A stretch of DNA of 64,000 bases from NCBI GenBank assembly GCA_017656145.1, contig JACDOI010000003.1:35974-99973 (forward strand). The letters run 5' to 3'. Positions within the stretch are counted from its first letter, which is position 1. Each line of letters opens with the position of its first letter. The position numbers and the translations under genes are program-made. Below the pieces are notes generated by a model. The model was not told where the DNA came from. It did no database searches and saw only the letters and a program-made list of their open reading frames with translations. Source of the DNA: Bacillota bacterium. GTDB taxonomy: Bacteria > Bacillota > Limnochordia > Limnochordales > ZCTH02-B6. Positions 29,898 through 38,465 of this stretch are shown here, piece after piece.

Positions 29898-30686
29898 CTA
29901 GCGCGGGCGGCCGCGCGGGTCGTCCCGGGCCGGAGTCCCCGCAGTCAAAAGCTCCCCGAGCGTGACCATCTGAAACCCTTGTTGGCGCAGGCTGTCGATG
30001 ATCCGGGGAAGCGCCAGGTGAATCTGGCGGGACGAATCGCTCGCGTGCATCAGGATGATGTCGCCGGGGCGAACGTTGTCCAACACCCGGCGGACCATGT
30101 AGTCTGGGCCGGGGTTTTTCCAGTCGAGGGTGTCTAGCGACCAGATCACCGTTTCATAGCCCAGCTGCCGGGCCGTGGCTACGACCAAGTCGTCGTAGTC
30201 GCCGTTGGGCGGCCGGAACAGGCGGGCCTGCCGCCCGGTAGCTTCCTCCAGGTCCCGGTGGGCCGTCAGGATGTTTTCCGCAATGGCATCGCCGCTCTTG
30301 CGGCTCAAGTTCACGTGCTCGTCGCCGTGACTGGCCACCTCGTGACCGTCGTCTACGATGCGCTGGGCAATGTCCCGTTGCCGCTTAGCCCAAAAACCGG
30401 TGAGGAAAAACGTAGCCCGCACGTCCTTGTCCTTGAGGATGTCCAATACGGGTCCTGCAGTCTGCCTTCCCCAACTGATGTCAAACGTAAGAGCCACCAG
30501 CGGCTGCTCGGTGCGGACGTAGAAGATCGGCATGTCTAGACCCCGGGATACCGGAAGCTGCAGCGTCACAGGCACGGCACCGGCCCACAGGCCGCTGGCG
30601 AGCCACCCGCCGCCGAACGCGCCTCCCAAAAGGAGAACTAGCGCTAGCATCGCCCAGCGACCTGTGAGACTATACACGGCCCGCAC
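29898..30686 (-). CDS. Polysaccharide deacetylase (NodB domain; PdaA/PdaB-like)
   Basis: TM anchor, then FDISWG, ATFFLTGFW, GHEVASHGDEH and ILMH, which are NodB motifs. Confidence 0.85.
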   Translation of the reverse strand: MRAVYSLTGRWAMLALVLLLGGAFGGGWLASGLWAGAVPVTLQLPVSRGLDMPIFYVRTEQPLVALTFDISWGRQTAGPVLDILKDKDVRATFFLTGFWAKRQRDIAQRIVDDGHEVASHGDEHVNLSRKSGDAIAENILTAHRDLEEATGRQARLFRPPNGDYDDLVVATARQLGYETVIWSLDTLDWKNPGPDYMVRRVLDNVRPGDIILMHASDSSRQIHLALPRIIDSLRQQGFQMVTLGELLTAGTPARDDPRGRPR

Positions 30687-30776
30687 GCTCCCATCGCCCC
30701 CGTTCGTAACCCTACGTGATGGGAGCGGCTTTTAGACCGGGGTAGTTCTTTGTGTGATGGCTAGTTTGCCGGGCGA

Positions 30777-31385
30777 TCAACCGAGGTGCGCCGTGTCGTT
30801 GACGCGAACAAAGCGAGCCGGCCGCCCGGGAACGACCACCGCCTCAACGAGGCCGGTGTTGGCGATCCGCACCCGACCCCATTCCCCGGTGGGCCAACCC
30901 ATAAGCCGGCAAATCATAAGCCTGAGCGTCCCCCCGTGGGCCACAAGGACGACGGTTTCACCGGCATGGCGGGGAATCACGCAGCTCAAGACAGCGTCTG
31001 CCCGGGCAGCGGCCGACGCCAACGTTTCCCCACCCGGCGCCGGCACATCGATGCCGGCGTTCCAGTCGCGCCACCACGGCCCGTAGCCCATGGCCAAAAT
31101 CTCGTCCCGGGTCCGGCCTTCCAGGTCACCGTATCGCACTTCCCGCAACGCGGGAGTCACCAAGATCGGCGCGCGGCAAAAGCTGGCGACCGCGTCCGCC
31201 GTCCAAAGCGAGCGGCTGAGGTCACTGGAGTACACGGCCGTCACCGGCGTCCCGGCCAGGCGCTCTCCCAGCCGGCGGGCTTGCTTCCGCCCCGTTTCGT
31301 TCAGCGGAACATCGCTCCAGCCTTGCACGCGGCCAGACGCATTCCAGTCGGTCTCGCCGTGCCGGGCCAGTAAAAGGCGCGTCAG
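30777..31385 (-). CDS. Histidine phosphatase family protein (phosphoglycerate-mutase-like); start inferred at CTG
   Basis: The track ORF (start 31328) begins after the catalytic motif. The same frame stays open upstream and encodes (L/M)TRLLLARHGETDWNASGRVQGW. There is no ATG, GTG or TTG upstream, and CTG at 31383-31385 follows GGCAGGGGG. Confidence 0.7.
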   Translation of the reverse strand: MTRLLLARHGETDWNASGRVQGWSDVPLNETGRKQARRLGERLAGTPVTAVYSSDLSRSLWTADAVASFCRAPILVTPALREVRYGDLEGRTRDEILAMGYGPWWRDWNAGIDVPAPGGETLASAAARADAVLSCVIPRHAGETVVLVAHGGTLRLMICRLMGWPTGEWGRVRIANTGLVEAVVVPGRPARFVRVNDTAHLG

Positions 31386-31550
31386 ACCGGTTGCCCCCTG
31401 CCGTCGAGCGTTCGCTTATGGGTTCGTTGTTGCGTGTTTCGGGAAGACCTATGCAAGATATGCGCCTCGTCGATCGGCGAATCCTGCTGGCTGGGCCGGG
31501 AATGCCGGCCGCATGCCGGCGTGTTTTTCGCCGGAACCGCTGAATGTCGC

Positions 31551-31751
31551 TTAGAACTCCTCCCAGCGGCTCTTGGGGACCGATCGCTCCAGGTGCGACT
31601 CCCAGTCGGGATCGATGTGGATGGGAGCCCGGGTTTCCAGCAAGTCTTCCGCCCGCTCAAGGATGCGCTCCTCGCAGTCCTCGCACAAAGACAGCGCGCG
31701 GGCAGGCGAGTCGAGCTCAAGAGGTTTTCCGCAAAGCCGGCAAGTTTGCAT
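31551..31751 (-). CDS. Small acidic CxxC...CxxC zinc-ribbon protein (possibly YlaI/DUF2197-like)
   Basis: 66 aa, MQTCRLCGKPLELDSPARALSLCEDCEERILERAEDLLETRAPIHIDPDWESHLERSVPKSRWEEF, from the ATG at 31751. It is the C-terminal part of a longer track ORF whose upstream portion looks non-coding. Confidence 0.4.
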   Translation of the reverse strand: MQTCRLCGKPLELDSPARALSLCEDCEERILERAEDLLETRAPIHIDPDWESHLERSVPKSRWEEF

Positions 31752-31933
31752 CTTCGCCACCGCCCAGGGAGTTGTTCGTCTTTTCTCTTGTATTTTCGCG
31801 GCAGGGGGCCAGCTTTCGTAAGCGACGGTTGCCACAGCCAGCCTGGGACATTTGTCCCTCACAACAGCCCTTTTGTCCCCCGGGTGAACGGTAAACACTA
31901 CGCGGTGCCGGACGGGCAAAGGAGGTGAACGGG

Positions 31934-32122
31934 TTGGCCGGGCGCGACCAGAACACGCGCAATCAGCAGCGGTTCCAGAAAGGCCGGTACCAGCAGCAGA
32001 ACCGGAAAGCCGAGGACGTTGAGTACGCGGCCGAGCCGGGCTTCCAGCAGCAGCAACAGTCCAGGAAACAGGAACGCGAGCAGCGGCAGCAGCAGGCAGA
32101 GCAGACCTTCGACGAGCAGTAA
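31934..32122 (+). CDS. Small Gln/Arg/Glu-rich hydrophilic protein (candidate gamma-type-like or minor SASP)
   Basis: A near-perfect SD, AAAGGAGGTG (31918-31927), is followed 8 nt later by an in-frame TTG (31934); the track uses the GTG at 31925. High third-position G+C. A stem-loop follows 12 nt after the stop. The gene sits 140 nt upstream of an alpha/beta SASP gene. Confidence 0.5.
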   Translation: MAGRDQNTRNQQRFQKGRYQQQNRKAEDVEYAAEPGFQQQQQSRKQEREQRQQQAEQTFDEQ

Positions 32123-32134
32123 CCGGTCGGCGCC

Positions 32135-32171
32135 GGTGGAGAAGGGCCCGCTTCAAGGGGCTTTCTCCACC
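32135..32171 (+). terminator. Stem-loop after the Gln-rich ORF
   Basis: GGTGGAGAA ... TTCTCCACC, a 9-bp outer stem with extra inner pairs. Confidence 0.5.
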
Positions 32172-32260
32172 GGTGTTCGCCTCCCAGGCCTGCCACATTT
32201 CCGTTCGTCTCGAGCGGCAAAGCGGCGAGCACACTACTCACCGAGGAGGTGAAGATCGAC

Positions 32261-32593
32261 ATGGCCGCAGGCCAGAAGCGGAACGTAGCACTGGTGCCCC
32301 AGGCGCAGCAGGCGTTGCAGCAGCTCAAGCAGGAGGTCGCCTCGGAACTGGGGATCCAGAACTACCAAGGGTACCTAGGCGACGTCCCCGCCCGCCTCAA
32401 CGGCGCCGTCGGCGGCAACATGGTCCGGCGGATGATCGCGGCGGCGGAGCAGGCCTTGATCCAGCAAACGGCTGCTCAGGTTCAGGCCGGCTTCCGCCAG
32501 GGGTTGCAACAGCAGCAGCAGCTCGCGCAACAAACGCCCCAGACCGGGCAGACCCCGAATCCGTTCCAGGTACAGGTCCCGCCGGCCCAATAA
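32261..32593 (+). CDS. Alpha/beta-type small acid-soluble spore protein with Gln-rich C-terminal extension
   Basis: RNVALVPQAQQALQQLKQEVASELGI and VGGNMVRRMIAAAEQALI. The ATG at 32261 lies 9 nt after GGAGGTG. 110 aa. Confidence 0.85.
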   Translation: MAAGQKRNVALVPQAQQALQQLKQEVASELGIQNYQGYLGDVPARLNGAVGGNMVRRMIAAAEQALIQQTAAQVQAGFRQGLQQQQQLAQQTPQTGQTPNPFQVQVPPAQ

Positions 32594-32614
32594 CGCCACC
32601 GGCACGCGGGCATC

Positions 32615-32647
32615 AAGCAGCGCCTCCCGCAGCGGGAGGCGCTGCTT
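32615..32647. terminator. Strong bidirectional stem-loop between the SASP gene and trxB
   Basis: AAGCAGCGCCTCCC-GCAGC-GGGAGGCGCTGCTT, a perfect 14-bp stem. Confidence 0.7.
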
Positions 32648-32698
32648 GTAGCTTGAGCACGGCCCGCGGTCCCGCCTGTGCAAGGCGCAGCCACGGGC

Positions 32699-33628
32699 TT
32701 ATTGGTCTTCCTCGGCCTCCAGAAACCGTTCCGCGTCGATCGCGGCCATGCAGCCGCTGCCCGCGGCGGTGATGGCCTGACGGTATACGGGGTCTTGCAC
32801 ATCCCCACAGGCGAACACTCCCGGGACGCTCGTGCGGGTGCCGTCCCGGGTAATGATGTAACCCGCCGGATTCAGCTCCACCTGACCTCCGAGGAAGGCC
32901 GTATTGGGCTCGTGGCCGATGGCGATGAACACGCCGTCGCAAGCAAACTCCCGGGTCTGGCCGGAGCGAACGTCCTTGAGGGTGACGCCGGTCACCTTTC
33001 CTTCGGCAGGGTCGTGGATGCGCTCCACCACACTGTTCCACACAAACTCGATCTTGGGATTTTCCATGGCCCGCCGCTGCATGATCTTGGACGCCCGCAA
33101 TTCGTCCCGGCGGTGGACGACGGTCACCTTGCTCGCGAATTTGGTGAGGAAGATGGCCTCCTCCATGGCCGAGTCGCCCCCGCCGACGACGATGACCTCC
33201 CGGTCTTTGAAGAAGAACCCGTCGCACGTGGCGCAAGAAGACACGCCGCGGCCGACCAGCTCCTTCTCGCCGGGCACGCCCAACCAGCGGGCGGACGCCC
33301 CCGTAGCCACAATGAGCGTCCGGGTCTCATACGTCTTCCCGCCGGCCGCGACGACCACAAACGGGCGCCGGCTCAAGTCGACCCGCTCCACCCGCTCGGG
33401 CTCGTACCGGGCGCCGAAGCGAACGGCCTGCTGCTTCATCTGTTCCATCAAATCGGGCCCCATGACCCCTTCCGGGAAGCCGGGGAAGTTTTCCACCAGA
33501 GTCGTCAACGTCAGCTGGCCGCCCGGCTCATGTCCTTCGAAGACCAGCGGCTCGAGGTTGGCCCGGGCAGTGTACAACGCGGCCGTGTGGCCCGCAGGGC
33601 CTGAACCGATGATGATGACTTTTTCCAT
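32699..33628 (-). CDS. trxB: Thioredoxin-disulfide reductase
   Basis: [19 protein letters not shown], redox-active CATCDG and [10 protein letters not shown]. The ATG at 33628 follows GAAGGAGG. The 474-aa track ORF is an upstream over-extension. Confidence 0.95.
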   Translation of the reverse strand: MEKVIIIGSGPAGHTAALYTARANLEPLVFEGHEPGGQLTLTTLVENFPGFPEGVMGPDLMEQMKQQAVRFGARYEPERVERVDLSRRPFVVVAAGGKTYETRTLIVATGASARWLGVPGEKELVGRGVSSCATCDGFFFKDREVIVVGGGDSAMEEAIFLTKFASKVTVVHRRDELRASKIMQRRAMENPKIEFVWNSVVERIHDPAEGKVTGVTLKDVRSGQTREFACDGVFIAIGHEPNTAFLGGQVELNPAGYIITRDGTRTSVPGVFACGDVQDPVYRQAITAAGSGCMAAIDAERFLEAEEDQ

Positions 33629-33716
33629 TGACAATGGGCCTCCTTCGTTACCCGTCGCCCGCGGGTCGAGCGGCCCGCGGCCGTCTGCGGTCATAAGGAT
33701 TGCCAAAAGCCGCTGT

Positions 33717-34994
33717 TCACGCCGAACTTGCGGCAGCTTGCCTGCTTGCGGACGCCCTGGCACCGCCGCCCGGTTCGTCCACGACGAATACCGCCTTGAT
33801 GCAGCCGGAGCTGCCCTTGGACGTGACCGCGGCGAGAGCCTTCCGAAAATCCCGCAGGGCGAACCGGTGGGTGACCAGCGGCGAAAGGTCGACCGCTCCG
33901 CCGGCGAACAATTCGACGGCCCGGCGCACCGCGGACACAGGACCTGCCGGCGTCTTGACAGGCCCGGCGGCAAACACGCCCTGCACCTCAAGCTCCTTGA
34001 GCCAGACGAAGCTCCAGTCGATAGCCTTCGGGATAGCCGCCAAGCCCAAAAGCACCACCTGACCGCCGGGGCCGGCGAAGCGCAGCGCGTCGTTGAGCGC
34101 CCGGTCACTTCCCGCGCACTCATACACCGCGTCCGCGCCGCCCGAAAACACAGGCGGTCCCAGGACGGGACGCAACAGCCGTGCTCCCAGCGCTTCCGCC
34201 ACCGCCGGGTACACCTGCTTGCCCCTTGGAGTCAAAACTTCATCGGCGCCCAGCCGCCGGGCCATCTCGGCTTGAAAAGGATGGCGCACTAGGGCAACGA
34301 TGCGGCAGTCCGGAGCCATGAGCTTCAGCGCCGCTACAACGCACAACCCGATGACGCCGCCGCCGATGACGATGACCTGGCCCCGGGGCGGTCCGGCCAC
34401 GTCGACCGCGTGCAAGGCGCAACCGAACGGCTCGGCCAGCACCGCGTTTTCATCGCTGACCTCATCGGGAACAGGAATCACCTGGGAGCGGTGAGCGACG
34501 AACGATTGCCCCCAGCTGCCCCCCGTGTCCCGGCAGCTGCCCAGCAACAGGCCGGGCGAAAGCGCCCCTTCGGCAAACCGCAAGCACCGGTTGGGCATCC
34601 CGGCCCGGCAGTTATCGCACGGCTCGCACCCGCGCACCGCACAAGGCAAAAGCGGATCGACGACGACCCGCTGGCCCGGCCGCACCTCGGTCACCGCGCT
34701 CCCGACCTCGCTCACGATGCCGACGTTTTCATGGCCGATAACGAACGGAAAGCTGGCAAACGGCGAGACCGACGGGCTGTCCCGCAGGGCGATAAGGTTC
34801 AAATCGCTGCCGCAAATGCCGGCGAGACGGGTGCGCACCTTGATCCAATCGGGACCGGGCAGCCGCGGCTCGGGAACGTCCCCGTACGCGACGCAACCGA
34901 GCCTGCTCGTAAAAACGCCCGGGTAGACCCGGCCGAGGGCCTTGGCCAGCACGTAGCGGCCGGGGCTGAACCGAAATTGGATGGCTTCCATCAC
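33717..34994 (-). CDS. Zinc-dependent medium-chain dehydrogenase/reductase (alcohol/polyol dehydrogenase family)
   Basis: GICGSDL, GHENVG, a structural-zinc Cys cluster ([15 protein letters not shown]) and the Rossmann motif VIGGGVIG. Confidence 0.8.
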   Translation of the reverse strand: MMEAIQFRFSPGRYVLAKALGRVYPGVFTSRLGCVAYGDVPEPRLPGPDWIKVRTRLAGICGSDLNLIALRDSPSVSPFASFPFVIGHENVGIVSEVGSAVTEVRPGQRVVVDPLLPCAVRGCEPCDNCRAGMPNRCLRFAEGALSPGLLLGSCRDTGGSWGQSFVAHRSQVIPVPDEVSDENAVLAEPFGCALHAVDVAGPPRGQVIVIGGGVIGLCVVAALKLMAPDCRIVALVRHPFQAEMARRLGADEVLTPRGKQVYPAVAEALGARLLRPVLGPPVFSGGADAVYECAGSDRALNDALRFAGPGGQVVLLGLAAIPKAIDWSFVWLKELEVQGVFAAGPVKTPAGPVSAVRRAVELFAGGAVDLSPLVTHRFALRDFRKALAAVTSKGSSGCIKAVFVVDEPGGGARASASRQAAASSA

Positions 34995-35013
34995 CGGACC
35001 GCCCGCCTTGACG

Positions 35014-36147
35014 TTACGTCATGGGCACCTGGGGGATAATCCGCCCTTCGATGCGGGCGAAGATGTCCTCCAGGCTGTGCCCGGTGATCGTCAGCCCGTG
35101 GTTGCGCAAGCCAACCACAGCCCGGGACGGGTCCGGAGCTTCCCGCACCTTTTGGGCGACCGAGTGTGCCAGTTCGTACGTGCCGCACGGGTAGTTGATC
35201 TCCGTGGAGGGAATGTTCTCCATCCAGGCGTGCACGTGCACGATGGCGCCCACGTTGGGATGCTCCCGATAGATCATCCAGTGCTCGATCGCGTCCACCG
35301 AAACCCGGTTGGGCTTGACATGGGGCGGGACGCTGAGCACCATGGCACCCTGCTTTTCATCGTAATCTTTGACGAGCAAGATGTCCCGGCCGATGACCCG
35401 CAAGTCGGCTTTGTTGACACCGCTGCCGCTCATCCAAAACCGGGTCGCGTCCTTGCGGATGCTCAAGTTGCCGTAGCTCAAGCCGCCCAACGAGTACAAG
35501 CGCTGGACGTGCCGCCACTCGTCCTCCGACAAAAGCTCCTGAATGGGGAACGGCGCGGGCAACAAGTTCATCTCATCCAGCTTCTTCCCAGCCCACCGCA
35601 GCTGTTCGGTGAGTTCGTCCCCGTTCCACAGCTCCTCGGGCAAGTCCGGCTCGAAGATGTTGTTGATGACCAAGCGGCTTGTGGCCAGCGGCGCGACCCG
35701 CTCGTAGAGCGCCTCAAACAGCTTCTCCTCCGGCAAGTCCGCGGAGACCGGGTACGCCCCCTGCTCCAAGGTGACAAAATGGGGTTCCACCCGCTGGCCG
35801 TCGTTGACGACGTAGAGCAGAAGGTTGCTCAAGCTGCGGATGAGAATCGGGTAGCCGGCCGACAACACGTTGTCGGGGCGCCGGTTCACCTCTGTGACGC
35901 CCAGGACGAACACCGCCTGGCTGCGCCGGCGAAACGACCGGGGCTTGGCTGCGTCGACCACGTGGATGACGAGTCCCACGCCTTCGTCGGGGGTCTCCCG
36001 GTACTCGTGACCCCGGGCCTCCAGCTGCCGGCGCAATCCTGACAACAGCCACGACATGGCTTCGCTGGGCGGTTCCCCGGCGATGGTGAACGCCAGCGTC
36101 GGCGAACCGATGGGTCGATGCTCCGGGTTCAGGGCCGCGTGTGCCAT
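35014..36147 (-). CDS. Two-domain protein: unknown N-terminal domain plus C-terminal class II aldolase/adducin domain
   Basis: The C-terminal ~180 aa (GNLSIRKDATRFWMSGSGVNKADL ... HVHAW ... GLRNHGLTITGHSLEDIF) matches the class II aldolase/adducin fold. I do not recognise the N-terminal ~190 aa. Confidence 0.65.
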   Translation of the reverse strand: MAHAALNPEHRPIGSPTLAFTIAGEPPSEAMSWLLSGLRRQLEARGHEYRETPDEGVGLVIHVVDAAKPRSFRRRSQAVFVLGVTEVNRRPDNVLSAGYPILIRSLSNLLLYVVNDGQRVEPHFVTLEQGAYPVSADLPEEKLFEALYERVAPLATSRLVINNIFEPDLPEELWNGDELTEQLRWAGKKLDEMNLLPAPFPIQELLSEDEWRHVQRLYSLGGLSYGNLSIRKDATRFWMSGSGVNKADLRVIGRDILLVKDYDEKQGAMVLSVPPHVKPNRVSVDAIEHWMIYREHPNVGAIVHVHAWMENIPSTEINYPCGTYELAHSVAQKVREAPDPSRAVVGLRNHGLTITGHSLEDIFARIEGRIIPQVPMT

Positions 36148-36252
36148 CCGTGCATCATCCTCCTGCCGCGGCGAACATCCGCCGCACTTGCCTCAGTCAC
36201 GCCGTATTGTGCACGACTTTCCACGATGGCCATGCGCTTTCCTTCCAAAAGG

Positions 36253-36287
36253 CCGGAGCCCCGTCCTCCTTTCGGACGGGGCTCCGG
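36253..36287 (-). terminator. Intrinsic terminator after cytochrome oxidase subunit I
   Basis: CCGGAGCCCCGTC-(9 nt)-GACGGGGCTCCGG, a 13-bp stem followed on the minus strand by CCTTTTGG. Confidence 0.7.
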
Positions 36288-36293
36288 TACGGC

Positions 36294-37985
36294 TCAGTAC
36301 GGCCGCAATCCGGGGATTGTTAGGCTCATCTCCCCAAACAGCCGGTACAGCGTCGGCCCGTAACTGATAAGAACGAGCACCGCCGTGGCCGTCACCCACG
36401 GCGCGAACCGGTCCAGCCACCCGGGAACCGGATCTTGCCCATCGGGCGCCGACTCGACCACCGGCACCTCCAGCTTCTCCGCCCTGGGCGAGGCGGTGAG
36501 CGTGCCGATGAGGTTGATGAAGAACAGCAGGCCGCTGATGGTCAGCACCGCGCCCCCGATAGCCGTGAGCCACGTGGGCACCGTCCATTCCGCTGCGAAG
36601 TACGGTGCGGTACCCAGGGCCGTGCGCCGCGGCGCGCCCAGGACCCCGGCCCAGCTCATGCCCCGGGACATGATCGTCATCCCGACAAACCACAGCCACG
36701 CCTGCCAGACTCCCATGCGGGGGCTAAACAGCCGCCGGCCCGACAAGTACGGCACAAGCCAGTACACGATTCCCATAAAGGTCAAGGCCGACGCAGTGCC
36801 GACGGTCAGGTGGAAATGGCCGGGAACAAACAGTGTGTTGTGGACGACCAGGTTGACGGTGAACGACGCGTTAATCAGGCCGCTGATGCCGCCGAAGGCG
36901 AACAGCACCATCGCCAGCAGCTGGGCCGCCACCGAGGGATCCCGCCACGGCAGCCGCAACAGCCAGCCGAGCCGACCCTGGCCGCCGCGGGCCCGGCCGC
37001 CGGTTTCGATGGAGGCAAGGACCGTAAACGCCGTCATTGCGCTGGGCATGAATACTGCGAAGGTAAGGAACGCATGGATCGCCTTGTACCCTTCGGAAAC
37101 CCCGGGGTCCAGGTACTGGTGGTGGAATCCGACCGGCAAGGACAGCGGGATGAAGAGCAGGAACGCCAGCCTCGCCAGGGACTCGCTGAACAGGCGGCCG
37201 CCCACCTGCCGCGGGAGCATGAAGTACCATGAGATGTACGCGGGCAAGAGCCAGAAGTACACGATGGGGTGGCCGGTGAACCAAAACAGCGTCCGGCTAA
37301 GCAGGGGATCGATGCCCTGCATCCAGCCGAGCGACCACGGCAGGAGGAATCCGACGAACTGCACCGCGATGCCGGCCGACGCCATCGTCCACATGATGAG
37401 CGTCACCAGGGCGCCGAAGGCGATGAGGGGCGTCCGCTTACCGGGATTTTCCCGCCGCCAGGCGAAGAAGGTTCGCAGCAAAATGACGAGCTGCAACCAA
37501 GTCCCCACGACGACCAGCACCAAGCCCAAGTAATACGCGGGATGGGCTTGCAGCGGCGCGTAGGACGTGTACAGCACCGACGCCTGGTTGGTCAACAGCG
37601 CCCAGTCGACGAGCAGCAGGCCTGCGGTCATGAGCCAGAACGTCGTCCAGGCAAGGCCTGAGGTCACCAGCGGCCGGCGGAACCCGTATCCGGCCACAAA
37701 GAACAAGAACCCTCCGATGAAGAACGTCGTGAACACCAGCACGTTGAATACGCCGTGCATGGCCAGGCCCTGATAGTAGTGGCGGACGAAGGGCACGTAC
37801 GCGTACAGGTCGATGCCTGCGTGCTGCAACCCCTGCAACAGGCCCAGCAGGATGCCCACCGCCAGGTGGGCGAAGCCTACGGTGATGAACGCCAGGGACA
37901 ACCGGCGCTCCGTCTCGGGCGGCCGGTACAGTTCTTGGGCCGTTCCGTCCCCGCGGGCGATAGACGCTTGCGCTCCCATCGTCAT
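36294..37985 (-). CDS. cbaA: ba3-type (B-family) cytochrome c oxidase subunit I
   Basis: 563-aa polytopic ORF with conserved His ligands (FWFTGHPIVYFWLLP; GFHHQ; LFVPGHFHLTV). It is followed or preceded by subunit II/IIa genes in the Thermus-like cbaDBA order. Confidence 0.9.
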   Translation of the reverse strand: MTMGAQASIARGDGTAQELYRPPETERRLSLAFITVGFAHLAVGILLGLLQGLQHAGIDLYAYVPFVRHYYQGLAMHGVFNVLVFTTFFIGGFLFFVAGYGFRRPLVTSGLAWTTFWLMTAGLLLVDWALLTNQASVLYTSYAPLQAHPAYYLGLVLVVVGTWLQLVILLRTFFAWRRENPGKRTPLIAFGALVTLIMWTMASAGIAVQFVGFLLPWSLGWMQGIDPLLSRTLFWFTGHPIVYFWLLPAYISWYFMLPRQVGGRLFSESLARLAFLLFIPLSLPVGFHHQYLDPGVSEGYKAIHAFLTFAVFMPSAMTAFTVLASIETGGRARGGQGRLGWLLRLPWRDPSVAAQLLAMVLFAFGGISGLINASFTVNLVVHNTLFVPGHFHLTVGTASALTFMGIVYWLVPYLSGRRLFSPRMGVWQAWLWFVGMTIMSRGMSWAGVLGAPRRTALGTAPYFAAEWTVPTWLTAIGGAVLTISGLLFFINLIGTLTASPRAEKLEVPVVESAPDGQDPVPGWLDRFAPWVTATAVLVLISYGPTLYRLFGEMSLTIPGLRPY

Positions 37986-37986
37986 A

Positions 37987-38460
37987 TCACAACGCCTCCA
38001 CGATGACCCGGCCGCTCATGAAGTGGTGGCCGGCGCCGCAGTACTCATGGCACATGAACAAGTACTCGCCGGGCTCGGTGAATGTGTAGGTCGCCCGGGC
38101 AACCTCGCCCGGCAAGACCATCATGCTGACAGTCGTGTTTTGAATTTTCATCCCGTGAATGACGTCGTCGCTGTGCACATAAAACGTCACCGTAGAACCG
38201 ACCGGAACCCGGATTTCATTGGGTTCGAAACTCCAGACCCTGGCCCGCATGTTGACCTCGTATCGGCCGGGAGCCAGTTCGCGAACCCACCCCTGCTCAA
38301 CGTCGTAGTCCCCGGCGGCCGCTGTGGGCAAAAACTGCTCTTCGATCCCGGGCAGCCGGATTCCGAGCACCGCCGAACTGAATGCCAAGGCGATGCCGAA
38401 CACGCCCAACAGGCCCGCCGCGAGGTAAATCCACCAGCGTTCGTAGCGATCGATGTGCAT
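37987..38460 (-). CDS. cbaB: ba3-type cytochrome c oxidase subunit II (CuA)
   Basis: A single TM followed by a cupredoxin domain with the CuA motif H-x34-CHEYCGAGHHFM. The ATG at 38460 follows GGAGGTAA. Confidence 0.9.
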   Translation of the reverse strand: MHIDRYERWWIYLAAGLLGVFGIALAFSSAVLGIRLPGIEEQFLPTAAAGDYDVEQGWVRELAPGRYEVNMRARVWSFEPNEIRVPVGSTVTFYVHSDDVIHGMKIQNTTVSMMVLPGEVARATYTFTEPGEYLFMCHEYCGAGHHFMSGRVIVEAL

Positions 38461-38465
38461 AGCCG

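Noticed and set aside
29717-29965. 82-aa plus-strand ORF in the RluD/deacetylase gap
   Set aside because: It runs into and overlaps the 3' end of the deacetylase gene and has an Arg/Gly/Pro-rich translation. The shorter 41-aa frame at 29751 is the more plausible candidate and is listed as a low-interest finding.
31901-32146. Very hydrophobic minus-strand frame (…LLLVEGLLCLLLPLLAFLFPGLLLLLEARLGRVLNVLGFPVLLLVPAFLEPLLIARVLV…) exactly antisense to the Gln-rich ORF
   Set aside because: It is codon-aligned antisense of CAG/CGG/GAG-rich codons, so Leu/Pro/Phe richness is automatic. There is no ATG/GTG start (only an internal TTG giving about 52 aa) and no SD, and the hairpin would lie upstream rather than downstream. 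It remains the main alternative explanation for this region and needs strand-specific data.
32200-32236. Full sigma-G/sigma-F promoter assignment for the SASP genes
   Set aside because: Only the -10-like CACAYTA element is shared. I could not find a convincing GNATR-type -35 at the right spacing, so no promoter feature is called.
33629-34123. Upstream extension of the trxB ORF (474 aa in the track)
   Set aside because: The canonical TrxB N-terminus [13 protein letters not shown] starts at 33628 after GAAGGAGG. The extension overlaps the 3' end of the dehydrogenase gene.
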